Assembly (NCBI GenBank): GCA_965207885.1
Contig: OZ242311.1
Coordinates: 4,192,001 to 4,256,000, forward strand
Length of the DNA: 64,000 nucleotides
Direction: 5' to 3'
Source of the DNA: Candidatus Latescibacterota bacterium
GTDB taxonomy: Bacteria > Latescibacterota > UBA2968
The first letter of the stretch is position 1; each line of letters opens with the position of its first letter. Shown here piece by piece: positions 10,147 through 20,060 of the stretch. The notes beneath the pieces are model-generated. The model did not search any database, had not been told where the DNA came from, and worked only from the letters and a program-made list of their open reading frames with translations. The translations under genes were made by a program, and so were the position numbers.

Positions 10147-11388
10147 ATGACTGAGATATACGACATGATCATTGTTGGCGCAGGACCAGCAGGCGCGACA
10201 GCAGCGTTATATGCCCATCGCGCGGGACTCAATGTCTGTCTGGTGGATAAAGCGCAATTCCCTCGGGATAAAATCTGTGGCGACGCACTATCGGGTAAAG
10301 TCGTATCGATTTTACACGAACTCGACTTATTCGATCAGATCGCGCGATTGCCTGGCGCGACTATTCGAGAAGTCGTATTTGGCAGCCCGAATCACGTAGA
10401 TGCGCGTGTGGATTTGCGGCGGTATGACCACCGGGATCAGGCCACGGGTAAAATACTGCCAATGGAAGGGTTTGTGATTCGGCGCGAGATACTGGATAAT
10501 TTTCTCTTTGAAGAAGCAAAAAAAGTTGTACGCACCTGTTATGAGGGATTTGCCGTTAAAGACCTGATACGAGAAAACGAGCAAATTGTAGGCGTGCGCG
10601 GCGTGGTGGATGGCAGAGAACGAGAAATACAGGCCCGCGTCGTGCTCGGTTGCGATGGTTTTAATTCAATGGTCGCACGCAAAGCGGGATTGTACGCCCA
10701 TGAATCCGTACATTGGGTCGTAGCGATTCGCTGCTATTACGAAAATGTGGCGGAATTGGGGAATCAAATCGAGTTGCATTTTGTAGATGAAGTCTTGCCG
10801 GGTTATTTCTGGATTTTCCCATTGGAAAATGGAACGGCAAATGTGGGCATTGGCATGCGTCACGATGTATTGAAAAAGCGACGTGTGGATTTGAAAGTAG
10901 CACTAAACGAAGTAATCAACCGCTCGCCTTATGCCCATCGGTTCAAAAATGCGCGACCAACAGAAGACCCGGTGGGATGGAATCTGCCTGTTGGAAGCAC
11001 CCGTCGAAAAAGTTATGGGAATGGCGTATTGCTTTTGGGCGATGCCGCGGGATTGATCGACCCCTTTACGGGCGAGGGAATTGGCAATGCGTTGTATTCC
11101 GCGCGTTTTGCCGTGGATGCCTTGCAAGAAGCCATTGCCGCAGACAATTATTCAGCAGCTTTTTTGAAGCAATATGAAGACCGATTATGGGATGCAATAG
11201 GCGATGAATTGGCGACAAGCACGCGAATGCAAAAATTGGGACAATGGCGTCCCCTGCTCAATTTTACCATCCAAAAAGCCGCACACAACGACAAAGTGCG
11301 CGATCTAATCTGCGGCATGATGGCCAATGCCGTCCCCAAAAAACAACTCACCAATCCCCTGTTTTATTTGAAACTGTTGTTCAGTTGA
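10147..11388 (+). CDS. Geranylgeranyl reductase-family FAD oxidoreductase
   Basis: GAGPAG Rossmann motif, FPRDKICGD, GYFWIFP, GDAAGLIDPFTGEGI. Confidence 0.85.
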   Translation: MTEIYDMIIVGAGPAGATAALYAHRAGLNVCLVDKAQFPRDKICGDALSGKVVSILHELDLFDQIARLPGATIREVVFGSPNHVDARVDLRRYDHRDQATGKILPMEGFVIRREILDNFLFEEAKKVVRTCYEGFAVKDLIRENEQIVGVRGVVDGREREIQARVVLGCDGFNSMVARKAGLYAHESVHWVVAIRCYYENVAELGNQIELHFVDEVLPGYFWIFPLENGTANVGIGMRHDVLKKRRVDLKVALNEVINRSPYAHRFKNARPTEDPVGWNLPVGSTRRKSYGNGVLLLGDAAGLIDPFTGEGIGNALYSARFAVDALQEAIAADNYSAAFLKQYEDRLWDAIGDELATSTRMQKLGQWRPLLNFTIQKAAHNDKVRDLICGMMANAVPKKQLTNPLFYLKLLFS

Positions 11389-11398
11389 ACAAGCTGAC

Positions 11399-12904
11399 CT
11401 AACCAAACGCCTTTTGCAAATACGCCAGATCGAGTTCGGGATAAACCGGGAATCGATCGAGAAGATTGGCGATCCTCTGTTGGGCGTCTTCGAGCACACC
11501 GTCCTGGACTCTGTATTGGATCTTGCTGTATTGCCCCGCACTTCTGCCCTTCGTAAACCGCAATGGCCGCGCCTGGGTGAGCACATTGCCCATAATCGCG
11601 CCGATCTCTCGCATCTCTTCCGCCCCCATACCAAGCGTCGTAAGCGCCGGAGTGCCCACCCTCAGACCACTGGTGTACCATGGACCATTGGGATCAAAGG
11701 GAATGGTATTTTTATTCAGAGTAATCCCGGCATCGCGGAGCAAGGTTTCGGCCTGGCGACCCGTGAGATTGAAAGGCGTAACATCAACCTGAAGCAAATG
11801 ATTGTCAGTACCCCCAGTAAGAACTGTAAGCCCCGCATCCATACACGCCTGGGCGAGCACCCGGGCATTATCGACAATACTGGCGGCATAAGCACAGAAT
11901 TCAGGCGTACTCGCCTCCTCAAACGCGACAGCTTTGGCCGCCATCACATGGGGCAGTGGACCGCCGAGCACCATCGGGCAACCCTTATCGACCTGCTCGG
12001 CAAATTCTTCCGTACACAAAACCATACCCCCCCGTGGCCCCCGCAGAGTTTTGTGCGTGGTCGTGGTAACGACATGGGCATGGGCAACCGAATCAAAATC
12101 GCCCGCAAAAACTTTACCGGCCACCAATCCGGCAAAATGCGCCATATCCACCATAAAAACAGCCCCCACTTCATCGGCAATTTCCCGGAAAATGCGGAAG
12201 TTAATTTTGCGCGGATAAGCACTATAACCCGATAGAAGAATCAAAGGTTTAACGGCTCTGGCCTGGTCGCGGACTTCATCGTAGTCGATCAGGCCAGATT
12301 CTTTATTCACCGTGTATGCATGCGCCTCAAACATGCGGCCGGACACATTGATGCGATAGCCATGCGTGAGATGTCCCCCGGATGAGAGATCCAGCCCCAG
12401 CAGCTTTTGGTTGCCCAATTGCGTGCGAAGTGCGCCCCATGCTTCATCCGAGAGATCAAATGGCGATTTTTCCCCCATTTTTTCGAGTGCGACATCTTGA
12501 ACGCGCCCCGAAAGAATCGCCCAAAAAGCGACCATATTGGCATCTGCACCCGAATGGGGTTGAACATAAGCGTGATCCGCACCAAAGAGATCGCACGCCA
12601 GTTTTGCAGCCTGGCTTTCAATCGCATCTACATTATCACAACCGGCGTAAAAGCGGTGATCGGGAATTCCCTCGGCGTATTTATCGGTCAGCAAATTGCC
12701 CATAGCCAGTTGCGTGGACAAAGAACAATAATTCTCGCTCGCAATCATCTTGAGATTCGAACGCTGGTCGGCCAACTCGCCCACGATATTTTTTGCCACA
12801 TCGGGCGATATGGAGGCGACTTGCTCCAACGCGGCCAAATAGGCGACAAATCCGGGATTTGGGATAGGATTTTGAGACAGATAGTTGGCAAGAGGGCTGG
12901 ACAT
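11399..12904 (-). CDS. glyA: Serine hydroxymethyltransferase
   Basis: LKMIASENY, KYAEG, GGHLTHG, VDMAHFAGL, PLP-lysine motif TTTTHKTLRGPRGG. Confidence 0.97.
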   Translation of the reverse strand: MSSPLANYLSQNPIPNPGFVAYLAALEQVASISPDVAKNIVGELADQRSNLKMIASENYCSLSTQLAMGNLLTDKYAEGIPDHRFYAGCDNVDAIESQAAKLACDLFGADHAYVQPHSGADANMVAFWAILSGRVQDVALEKMGEKSPFDLSDEAWGALRTQLGNQKLLGLDLSSGGHLTHGYRINVSGRMFEAHAYTVNKESGLIDYDEVRDQARAVKPLILLSGYSAYPRKINFRIFREIADEVGAVFMVDMAHFAGLVAGKVFAGDFDSVAHAHVVTTTTHKTLRGPRGGMVLCTEEFAEQVDKGCPMVLGGPLPHVMAAKAVAFEEASTPEFCAYAASIVDNARVLAQACMDAGLTVLTGGTDNHLLQVDVTPFNLTGRQAETLLRDAGITLNKNTIPFDPNGPWYTSGLRVGTPALTTLGMGAEEMREIGAIMGNVLTQARPLRFTKGRSAGQYSKIQYRVQDGVLEDAQQRIANLLDRFPVYPELDLAYLQKAFG

Positions 12905-12932
12905 GGGAATTCTCCTCGTGTTTTGCCCGATA

Positions 12933-12974
12933 CAAAAATAGCCCGGGCTGTGTGGATTTTCATAAGCCCAGGCG
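12933..12974 (-). terminator. Intrinsic terminator forming the riboswitch expression platform
   Basis: Minus strand GCCTGGGCT...AGCCCGGGC stem followed by TATTTTTG; its 5' arm overlaps the 3' end of the aptamer. Confidence 0.75.
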
Positions 12975-13046
12975 ATCGGCTATCGGATGAAGAGCGCTGC
13001 GCTTCCCCGTGGTCGATTCCACGTTCATTCGCCAGTCACGCAGATC
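12966..13046 (-). ncRNA. ZMP/ZTP riboswitch (pfl class)
   Basis: Minus strand GCGTGACTGGCGAA...GTGGAATCGACCACGGGGAAGCGC...GCCGATCGCCTGGGC matches the ZTP aptamer consensus; lies upstream of glyA, a typical target. Confidence 0.9.
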
Positions 13047-13059
13047 CTTATCGATAATC

Positions 13060-13087
13060 AATATACAGAATTGCACACCAAAGTCAA
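13060..13087 (-). promoter_or_regulatory. Putative sigma70 promoter for the riboswitch and glyA
   Basis: TTGACT-16 nt-TATATT immediately upstream of the aptamer. Confidence 0.55.
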
Positions 13088-13094
13088 CGGTTTG

Positions 13095-14510
13095 TTAGGA
13101 CGTAAAAAAGCGCCAGCCCCACAAAATGAGGGGATATCCCGCAACAAAAATGACACGCGCAATAACACCCTCTATTGACGTATCGTGAATATGAGGAGAT
13201 AAAACGATAAAAACAACCGCTCCCGCAACACATATCTTCCCCAAACGTCCGTACTCGTAGGGAATCGGATAAAATCGACGCACGATGAGAAAAAGCAAAA
13301 CCGTCATCAAAATATGCGCGATAAGCGTACTATAGGCAGCGGCAATAAATCCAATTTTGGGCAAAAGAAAAATATTGATAGCGATATTCACACACGCACC
13401 AGTCCCCACGATAAACGGCAAAGACCCCGCACGACCTTCGGCATATACACCTGCGGTGAGAATGATATAAAGACCGTGGAAGAAAAATGCCAGCCCCACT
13501 ATAGGCACAACCCGTATGCCTTCGAGATAAGTCGGTGCATTGTCACCGGCAATCAGAACGATAATTTCGCGTGCAAAAGTGGCTAAAATCAGACAGCCAA
13601 AAATGCCGAACAGCGTGAAATACGTGGTGACACGCGCACACATCTGCCGCGTCTCTTCTTCCTCTGTTTCGTCGAGCACGGCAGGTGCCCAGGCCGAGCG
13701 AAACGCTTTAACCACAAAAAAGATGGGCAAACCGAGTTTATAGGTAATACCGTAAATACCCAGATCGTCGAGATCTAAAAAAAATCGGATCAGAAAGCGG
13801 TCAGACAGACTGATGATGAGAAAAGCAAAGGCCGAGGGCACAAACGGCAGGCCAAAACGCAGAAGTTCGCGCAACGCACGCATATCAAAAGTTGGACGAA
13901 TTAACCGCAGACCAACGGGAAACATGACAATAAGTGCAAAGAGAGAACTGATGAGATTGGCTTCAAATACCGCGATTGGCCCGCGTCCGAGAATTGCGAT
14001 AAAATAAGCGGTAAGACCGAGTTGTAGCGTGTGTTGAATCACCCGCACAATCGCATAGTGAAAGGATCGCTGCCGAGCGCGACAAAGTGTGAAAAGGGGT
14101 TCTGACAGCGCGTCCAAAAGGACAACGGCGGCAATAAGTTCGAAGATCGCACTGTAATCCGAACTGCCCAAAAGATGATGCGCGAGACTCCCGGCATTGG
14201 TACAGACCAGACTCGACAGAATAACACCTGTGGCGAACAGTGCCCAAAATGCGGAGCTAAATGCGGCGCGATGTTTGCCGAGATCGGTCTTGCCAGATAA
14301 GAGACGGATCAGCGCGGGATTTAGACCGAGAGAATAAAAAACCGCACTAAACCCGATAAATGCGAATGCCAGAGACAAAATGCCATTATCAGCAGGCGTG
14401 AGATGTCTCGCATAGATGGGCACGAGCAAAATGGACACAGCGCGACCGAGCAGATCACCCATGCCATAGACCGCCGTGTGTTGCGCGAGAGATTTGATTC
14501 GAGAGAACAT
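13095..14510 (-). CDS. Oligosaccharide flippase (Wzx/polysaccharide biosynthesis family)
   Basis: Polytopic membrane protein; LLVPIYARHL, SDRFLI, LGIYGITYKL, GFIAAAYSTL motifs. Confidence 0.8.
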   Translation of the reverse strand: MFSRIKSLAQHTAVYGMGDLLGRAVSILLVPIYARHLTPADNGILSLAFAFIGFSAVFYSLGLNPALIRLLSGKTDLGKHRAAFSSAFWALFATGVILSSLVCTNAGSLAHHLLGSSDYSAIFELIAAVVLLDALSEPLFTLCRARQRSFHYAIVRVIQHTLQLGLTAYFIAILGRGPIAVFEANLISSLFALIVMFPVGLRLIRPTFDMRALRELLRFGLPFVPSAFAFLIISLSDRFLIRFFLDLDDLGIYGITYKLGLPIFFVVKAFRSAWAPAVLDETEEEETRQMCARVTTYFTLFGIFGCLILATFAREIIVLIAGDNAPTYLEGIRVVPIVGLAFFFHGLYIILTAGVYAEGRAGSLPFIVGTGACVNIAINIFLLPKIGFIAAAYSTLIAHILMTVLLFLIVRRFYPIPYEYGRLGKICVAGAVVFIVLSPHIHDTSIEGVIARVIFVAGYPLILWGWRFFTS

Positions 14511-14520
14511 AATTCACCGC

Positions 14521-16965
14521 TCAAAGCATCGACATCGGATCGACATTGATCGCCAGGGTCACACCGCGAGACCGGCGTTTATTGGGAGCAAATTGCGTGG
14601 CGGCATTGCGGGCGGCGGCATTGAGATGGCTGTGCGAATCGGATTTGAGCAAAACCTGCCAGCGATAGGTGCTCTGGATACGTGCGAGAGGAGCCTGTAC
14701 AGGACCCAGAATTTCAACATCGGGGGGTGTTTGTTCGCGCAAAGCCTGAGCAATTATGCCAGCCGCGCGTGCGACTTCGTGTTCATCTTTGCCCTTAAAG
14801 AGCAAAAGCACCACGCGTCCAAAGGGCGGGTAACCCAGACTTTGACGCGCACTGAGTTCGCGCTGTGCAAAAGCTTCAAAATCGTGGCACTGTGCGCATT
14901 GCACGGCCTCGCCATCGGGCATATAAGTTTGAATAACGACTTCCCCCGGAATCTCGCCTCGTCCGGCGCGCCCACTGACCTGAGTCAGCAATTGGAATGT
15001 GCGTTCGCTGGCGCGAAAATCTGGCAAATGGATACTCGTATCCGCAGAAATAACGCCGACGAGTGTCACACCGGGAAAATCGAGGCCTTTGGCGATCATC
15101 TGCGTACCGAGCAAAATATCGGCCTCGCCTCGGGAAAAGCGACTGAGTATGCGGTCATGCGCGCCCTTGCGGCGCGTGGTATCCACATCCATTCGCAAAA
15201 CGCGCACACCGGGAAACTGCGCTTCGAGGGTCTCTTCAACGCGCTGCGTCCCCACACCGAGAAAATGAAAGTTGCTGCTGTGACACGATGGACACGCCGA
15301 GGGTGATGGCTCAATATAACCGCAATAATGACAGAGCATCAGGCGTCGGGTCGCGTGATAAGTCAGGGTAACCTGACAGTGATCGCACTGGAAACTTTCC
15401 CCACAGTCGGCGCATTGAACCGCAGGCGCGTACCCGCGCCGGTTTTGAAGCAAAATGGTGCGTTCGCCCTTTTCAATGCGTTCGCGCATCTTTTCTCGAA
15501 GCGGGCGAGAAAACAAACTGCCACCTTCGTGCCGCATATCCACGAGTGTGACAGTGGGCAATGGACGATTGTCGATGCGCTCTGGCAATATTAAAGTGCT
15601 GAATTTTCCCGTCTGTGCATTGTGATGCGACTCGAGAGAAGGGGTTGCCGAGCCCAGAACAATGGGCAGATTTTGCAGATGGGCGCGCATCACAGCGACA
15701 TCCCGCGCATTGTAACGAGGTGCGGGATCGTCTTGTTTGTAAGAACCATCGTGTTCTTCGTCGATGATGATAAGGCCCAGATTTTCGACAGGTGCAAAAA
15801 TAGCTGAGCGCGCACCAATAACAACGGCGCGTTTTCCTCTGCGAACCTCGCGCCAGGCATCGTAGCGTTCACCAGGGGACAATGCACTGTGCAAAACCGC
15901 GACGCGATCGCCAAAATGGGCGCGAAAGCGACGGACGGTCTGCGGCGTCAGAGTGATTTCCGGCACCAGAACAATTGCGCCTTTTCCCGATGCGAGCGCA
16001 TGTGCAACCGCCCGAATATAAACCAGTGTTTTGCCGCTACCCGTCACCCCGCGCAAAAGGTGAACCCGAAAGGCGTTTTCATCAATACTTTGTCCAATCG
16101 CCTTGATGGCCCCCGCTTGATGGGGCGTAAGCGTTACATCTTCAGGCGGGGGAAGATCGGTGTCGGCATAAGGATCGCGCACCACTTCGCGATTAATAAA
16201 ACAGATCAAATTGCGCTTGGCCATTTCTCTCAGTACGCCCGATGAAATCCCTTCTGCGGACAGCTGTGCGGTCAACAGGGGGCGATTTGCCGAACGCAGA
16301 AGGCGAATACACTGCGCCTGGCGGGGTGCGCGTTTTTCCAGTGTGGGCAATTCCAGGTCAAACCAGCGCGGATCATCGGGCACAAGTGCCACTGCACGCT
16401 GGGTCTTGGTTTTTACTTTAGGTGCTGACATCTTTTGAAACGCGACCAGAACACCCCGCCTCAAAAGGCCGTATATCGCGGGCTGTACACCCTGTTTTCC
16501 AAGTCGTTTTTGAAGTTGTCGCATCGATGCCGAACCGAGTTCGCCCAATACAGTGACGACCTCGCGCTGACGCGGCGAAAGCAGGCGACTGATCGCGTCG
16601 TCAAAGTTTTTTTCAAGGGCAAAATGCTGCCCACTATCCAGGTGAATACCCGATGGAAGAGCCGCAGAGATGACCTCCGAGAGACTGCACAGATAATACC
16701 AGACCATCCACTTGCACAATTCGAGCATCGGCGGTGTCACAAGAGGATGTGAATCCAGGATTTGGGCAATGGTCTTGACGCGATTGGAGGGCAGATCGCA
16801 CGTTTCGCAAAAGCCGACGACAATACCCGTAACCCAGCGTTCTCCAAAAGGGACAAGGACGCGGTAGCCCGTTTGGAGACCGTCCTGGAGATCGTCGGGA
16901 ATGCGGTAGGTAAATGTATTGAGGGATGTGCCCAGGGGAACGATTTGTGCGAAAGGATGCGCCAT
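14521..16965 (-). CDS. priA: Primosomal protein N'
   Basis: GVTGSGKT, DEEH, SATPS, Cys-rich CxxC clusters, GTQMIAKGLDFP, QVSGRAGR. Confidence 0.96.
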   Translation of the reverse strand: MAHPFAQIVPLGTSLNTFTYRIPDDLQDGLQTGYRVLVPFGERWVTGIVVGFCETCDLPSNRVKTIAQILDSHPLVTPPMLELCKWMVWYYLCSLSEVISAALPSGIHLDSGQHFALEKNFDDAISRLLSPRQREVVTVLGELGSASMRQLQKRLGKQGVQPAIYGLLRRGVLVAFQKMSAPKVKTKTQRAVALVPDDPRWFDLELPTLEKRAPRQAQCIRLLRSANRPLLTAQLSAEGISSGVLREMAKRNLICFINREVVRDPYADTDLPPPEDVTLTPHQAGAIKAIGQSIDENAFRVHLLRGVTGSGKTLVYIRAVAHALASGKGAIVLVPEITLTPQTVRRFRAHFGDRVAVLHSALSPGERYDAWREVRRGKRAVVIGARSAIFAPVENLGLIIIDEEHDGSYKQDDPAPRYNARDVAVMRAHLQNLPIVLGSATPSLESHHNAQTGKFSTLILPERIDNRPLPTVTLVDMRHEGGSLFSRPLREKMRERIEKGERTILLQNRRGYAPAVQCADCGESFQCDHCQVTLTYHATRRLMLCHYCGYIEPSPSACPSCHSSNFHFLGVGTQRVEETLEAQFPGVRVLRMDVDTTRRKGAHDRILSRFSRGEADILLGTQMIAKGLDFPGVTLVGVISADTSIHLPDFRASERTFQLLTQVSGRAGRGEIPGEVVIQTYMPDGEAVQCAQCHDFEAFAQRELSARQSLGYPPFGRVVLLLFKGKDEHEVARAAGIIAQALREQTPPDVEILGPVQAPLARIQSTYRWQVLLKSDSHSHLNAAARNAATQFAPNKRRSRGVTLAINVDPMSML

Positions 16966-16970
16966 AAAAA

Positions 16971-17927
16971 CTATCGGCCTATCTGTGGGCCAGAGGGCGT
17001 GTCGCCGAGTTCTTCGACTTTGATGAGGGTGCGAAAAATAGTCAGGCGAAGACCGCGATCGGGTGGGCTGGCAACTTCGAGAGGCTGGTCCTGCAGTGAA
17101 AGCGAAATCGAGCTGGCACGCTGTATCTCCACTTGAAACCGGTCATGTGCCAGCCAACGTTGCTGCCGTCCTACAGGAAGCACACCTGCAAAAACCCCGC
17201 GGTCATCGGCAGTAATGGATAGATGCGCGTTTTCTCTTGCAACGCCGGAAAGAATCATGATTTCTCCTTCGGCAATGACGCCGTGAATAGGCAAATTATA
17301 TGTGCTGAGTACAACAGGTGCGGGTTGAGAGGCTGGCGTCTCTGCCACAATATCCGATGGCATCATCTGATTTTCTGATAGGGATGGCATAACGGACTGT
17401 GTGCTGTCTCGCAGTTGCATCTCTTGTACGGATTTCGCGCTATCAGACGGCATCTCCTCTTCGGAAATGCTTATTTGTTCAGTTGAGATAACTGATTCCG
17501 TGCTATCTGGTATTGGAAGAGGTGATGTGGTTGTATCGAGGGGGGCTGTGAGCGGTGTTTCCCCACGCGAATTGAGAATGATGATCACCACTGCAATCAC
17601 CGCGAATGCGAGCAACGAGATAAATATTGCGCTGCGATTTATCCCGCGTTCTGGAGAGGGCAGTGCTGTGGCCCGCTCACGCGGCAGTACAACGCTTCTA
17701 TCAAAGAGAATAAGGATGTCTCGAACATTGAGATTGAGTGCTTGTGCATAAGTTTTGAGAAATAAACGCGCATAAGCTACGGGCAATAAATCGAATTGGC
17801 CCGCTTCAAGCACCTTGATAAACTCGGGATTGATCCGCGTGTGTTCGTAAATATCGCCGATACTCAGACCCAGATTCTCGCGCTGCGTTTTGAGTAACTC
17901 AGCAATTTCTTGTTTTTGATCTGACAT
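16971..17927 (-). CDS. RodZ-like protein (N-terminal HTH, one TM helix, C-terminal DUF4115-like domain)
   Basis: LKTQRENLGLS...LP.AYARLFLKTYAQAL HTH; central TM helix; low-complexity linker. Confidence 0.75.
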   Translation of the reverse strand: MSDQKQEIAELLKTQRENLGLSIGDIYEHTRINPEFIKVLEAGQFDLLPVAYARLFLKTYAQALNLNVRDILILFDRSVVLPRERATALPSPERGINRSAIFISLLAFAVIAVVIIILNSRGETPLTAPLDTTTSPLPIPDSTESVISTEQISISEEEMPSDSAKSVQEMQLRDSTQSVMPSLSENQMMPSDIVAETPASQPAPVVLSTYNLPIHGVIAEGEIMILSGVARENAHLSITADDRGVFAGVLPVGRQQRWLAHDRFQVEIQRASSISLSLQDQPLEVASPPDRGLRLTIFRTLIKVEELGDTPSGPQIGR

Positions 17928-17953
17928 GGATAGTTGTATTTCCCGTTGTATTT

Positions 17954-18568
17954 TTAAATGTCTATCGCATCACTATTTTCGGGTATGATCGTCCAAAGCG
18001 ATTGCCCGACCAGACGATGATAAAGGCTCCAAAAGCACGCAAGCGGCAAGCCCACCACATTGTAGAAGCAACCGGATATAGATTGAATAAATGCAGATGC
18101 ACGCCCCTGCGCGCCATAAGCACCGGCTTTGTCCATAGAATCCCCAGTGGCGACATAGCGTGCGATATCCTCCGATGATAGCACGCGCATGGTGACGTAG
18201 GTAGTTGCAACTTCTGTCAGAGTCAGTCCGGTTTCCGTATCTGTGAGAGTCAACCCTGTATAGACCTGATGGGTTTTTCCCGAAAGTCGCGCCAGCATGT
18301 CTTCGGCGTGTTTGGCGTCATTCGGTTTCCCGAAAATTGCATCTTCCAATACCACAACTGTATCGGCTCCCAAAACGAGCGCGTGGTCAAAACGATGGAC
18401 AACCGCCTTTGTTTTTCGCTGTGCGATTTCCCGCACGTGTTCGGCAGGTGGCAAGATGGTATCCAGAGCCTCATTGGCATTGCTCGGCGCGATTTCAAAC
18501 GGAATATCCAACAAGCGCAATAAACTCGCACGCCTGGGTGAGGCAGAAGCGAGAATCAGTTTCTTCAT
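17954..18568 (-). CDS. maf: Maf nucleoside-triphosphate pyrophosphatase
   Basis: [31 protein letters not shown]. Confidence 0.93.
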   Translation of the reverse strand: MKKLILASASPRRASLLRLLDIPFEIAPSNANEALDTILPPAEHVREIAQRKTKAVVHRFDHALVLGADTVVVLEDAIFGKPNDAKHAEDMLARLSGKTHQVYTGLTLTDTETGLTLTEVATTYVTMRVLSSEDIARYVATGDSMDKAGAYGAQGRASAFIQSISGCFYNVVGLPLACFWSLYHRLVGQSLWTIIPENSDAIDI

Positions 18569-19008
18569 ATCTCTGAGTCAATCATCAATGTAACGGGACC
18601 AGTGTTGTGAATTTCGACCTGCATATACGCGCCAAAAACGCCGGTTTCAGTGTGAATGCCAAAGGTGCGGAGGCGCTGGACAAATTGCTCGTATATAGAG
18701 TTGGCAATATCTGGTGGAGCTGCCCGATTAAAACTCGGGCGGCGGCCTTTGCGGGTATCGGCGTGCAGAGTAAATTGCGAAACCACCAGCGCCTGCCCAC
18801 CCGTGTCGAGCAAGGATCTGTTCATTTTGCCCTGATCGTCTTCAAAAATTCTCAAATTTACACATTTCTCGGCAACATATTCCATATCTGAAAGACCATC
18901 GGTATCGCTAATACCCAGCAAAATCAAAAGACCGCGGTCAATTTGACCAACGACTTGTTCTTCAACGCGAACCGTTGCCCTGCATACCCGCTGAATCAAT
19001 GCCCGCAC
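18565..19008 (-). CDS. dtd: D-aminoacyl-tRNA deacylase
   Basis: [26 protein letters not shown]; GGAGG RBS before GTG at 19008. Confidence 0.95.
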   Translation of the reverse strand: MRALIQRVCRATVRVEEQVVGQIDRGLLILLGISDTDGLSDMEYVAEKCVNLRIFEDDQGKMNRSLLDTGGQALVVSQFTLHADTRKGRRPSFNRAAPPDIANSIYEQFVQRLRTFGIHTETGVFGAYMQVEIHNTGPVTLMIDSEI

Positions 19009-19078
19009 GCTACCCTCCAATGCTAAAAACGCCTATACCATTTATAACCTATTTGCGGCATGTGTGCAAGGTGAAAGA

Positions 19079-19949
19079 TTAGGTAGTGTCTGAAAAGTAA
19101 GCTTTGAAGAGTTGTCTGATACAGGCCAGCTTGACCATAGTGAGAAAATGAGTCGCCTTTTTTTCAAATCGGGTCACAATCCGTCGGCAGTGTTTAAGCC
19201 AACCAAAGAGACGCTCCACGATATTGCGTTTGGCATATAATCTTTTATCACACTTAGGCCGTGGTCCTCTCTTACGCCGTTTTCTGCCTTTGGGAATCGC
19301 CTTGTTTGGGATAGCAGCCTTGATACCCCGTTTGCGTAGATAGACTCTGATGCGTGAGACATCATAAGATTTATCAGCTACCAGATACTTGGGTCGGTTT
19401 CTTGGACGCCCTCGTTTGGTGGGTATGCATACCTTTGACAGTAGCCTTTCAGCCTGTGTGGATTCTGACTGGTTACCAGGGAGAAGATCCACTGCTAAAG
19501 GATGCCCGACTGCATCGCAAAGAAGATGGATTTTCGTGGTCAAACCGCCACGAGAGCGTCCTAAAGCGTGATCTGGGGGCTCTTCTTCACCCTTTTTGCC
19601 CTTTTTTTTTCGCTCCTGCCGCGGCTTGTGTGGCTCGAATATGGGTTGCATCCATCATCCAGGTCGCATAATCTAAAAGACCATCTTCACCCAATTTGAG
19701 ATGTAGCTTTTCTACAATGCGATCAAAGGTGCCATCCTGTTTCCATTTGCAGAATCGGTCAAAGGCTGTCTGCCAAGGACCATATCGTTCTGGCAGGTCG
19801 CGCCAAGCTGCACCTGAACACAATATCCAGAAGATCCCGTTGAATAATGTACGATCATCCCGACGGGGACGACCCATCTTCTTCGGCGGTGGGAACAGGT
19901 CTTGGATCAGATGCCAAGCCTCGTCGCGCAGTTCATATCTCCGTTGCAT
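19079..19949 (-). CDS. IS5-family transposase split into two frames (orfA 19587-19949, orfB ending 19079)
   Basis: orfA WRDLPERYGPWQT...DAT; orfB GRSRGGLTTKIHL, ADKSYD, RNIVERLFGWLK..RRIVTRFEK; A9 run at the junction. Confidence 0.9.
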
Positions 19950-20018
19950 ATCATACTCCTTGGTTTAGGGCGTATGCTGCAACTAAAATACATACTTTAC
20001 GACTTTTCAGACACTACC
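19082..20018 (-). mobile_element. Complete IS5-family insertion sequence, 937 bp
   Basis: Perfect 17-bp TIRs GGTAGTGTCTGAAAAGT (19082-19098 and 20002-20018); TA at both flanks (19080-81, 20019-20); two overlapping transposase ORFs. Confidence 0.92.
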
Positions 20019-20060
20019 TAGGAGAGGGGGTGTGGGTGCCCTTCGAACTTCTCACCGCCT

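Noticed and set aside
11414-15306. Long + strand ORFs of 273, 216 and 276 aa
   Set aside because: Antisense to glyA and priA, which have clear family motifs
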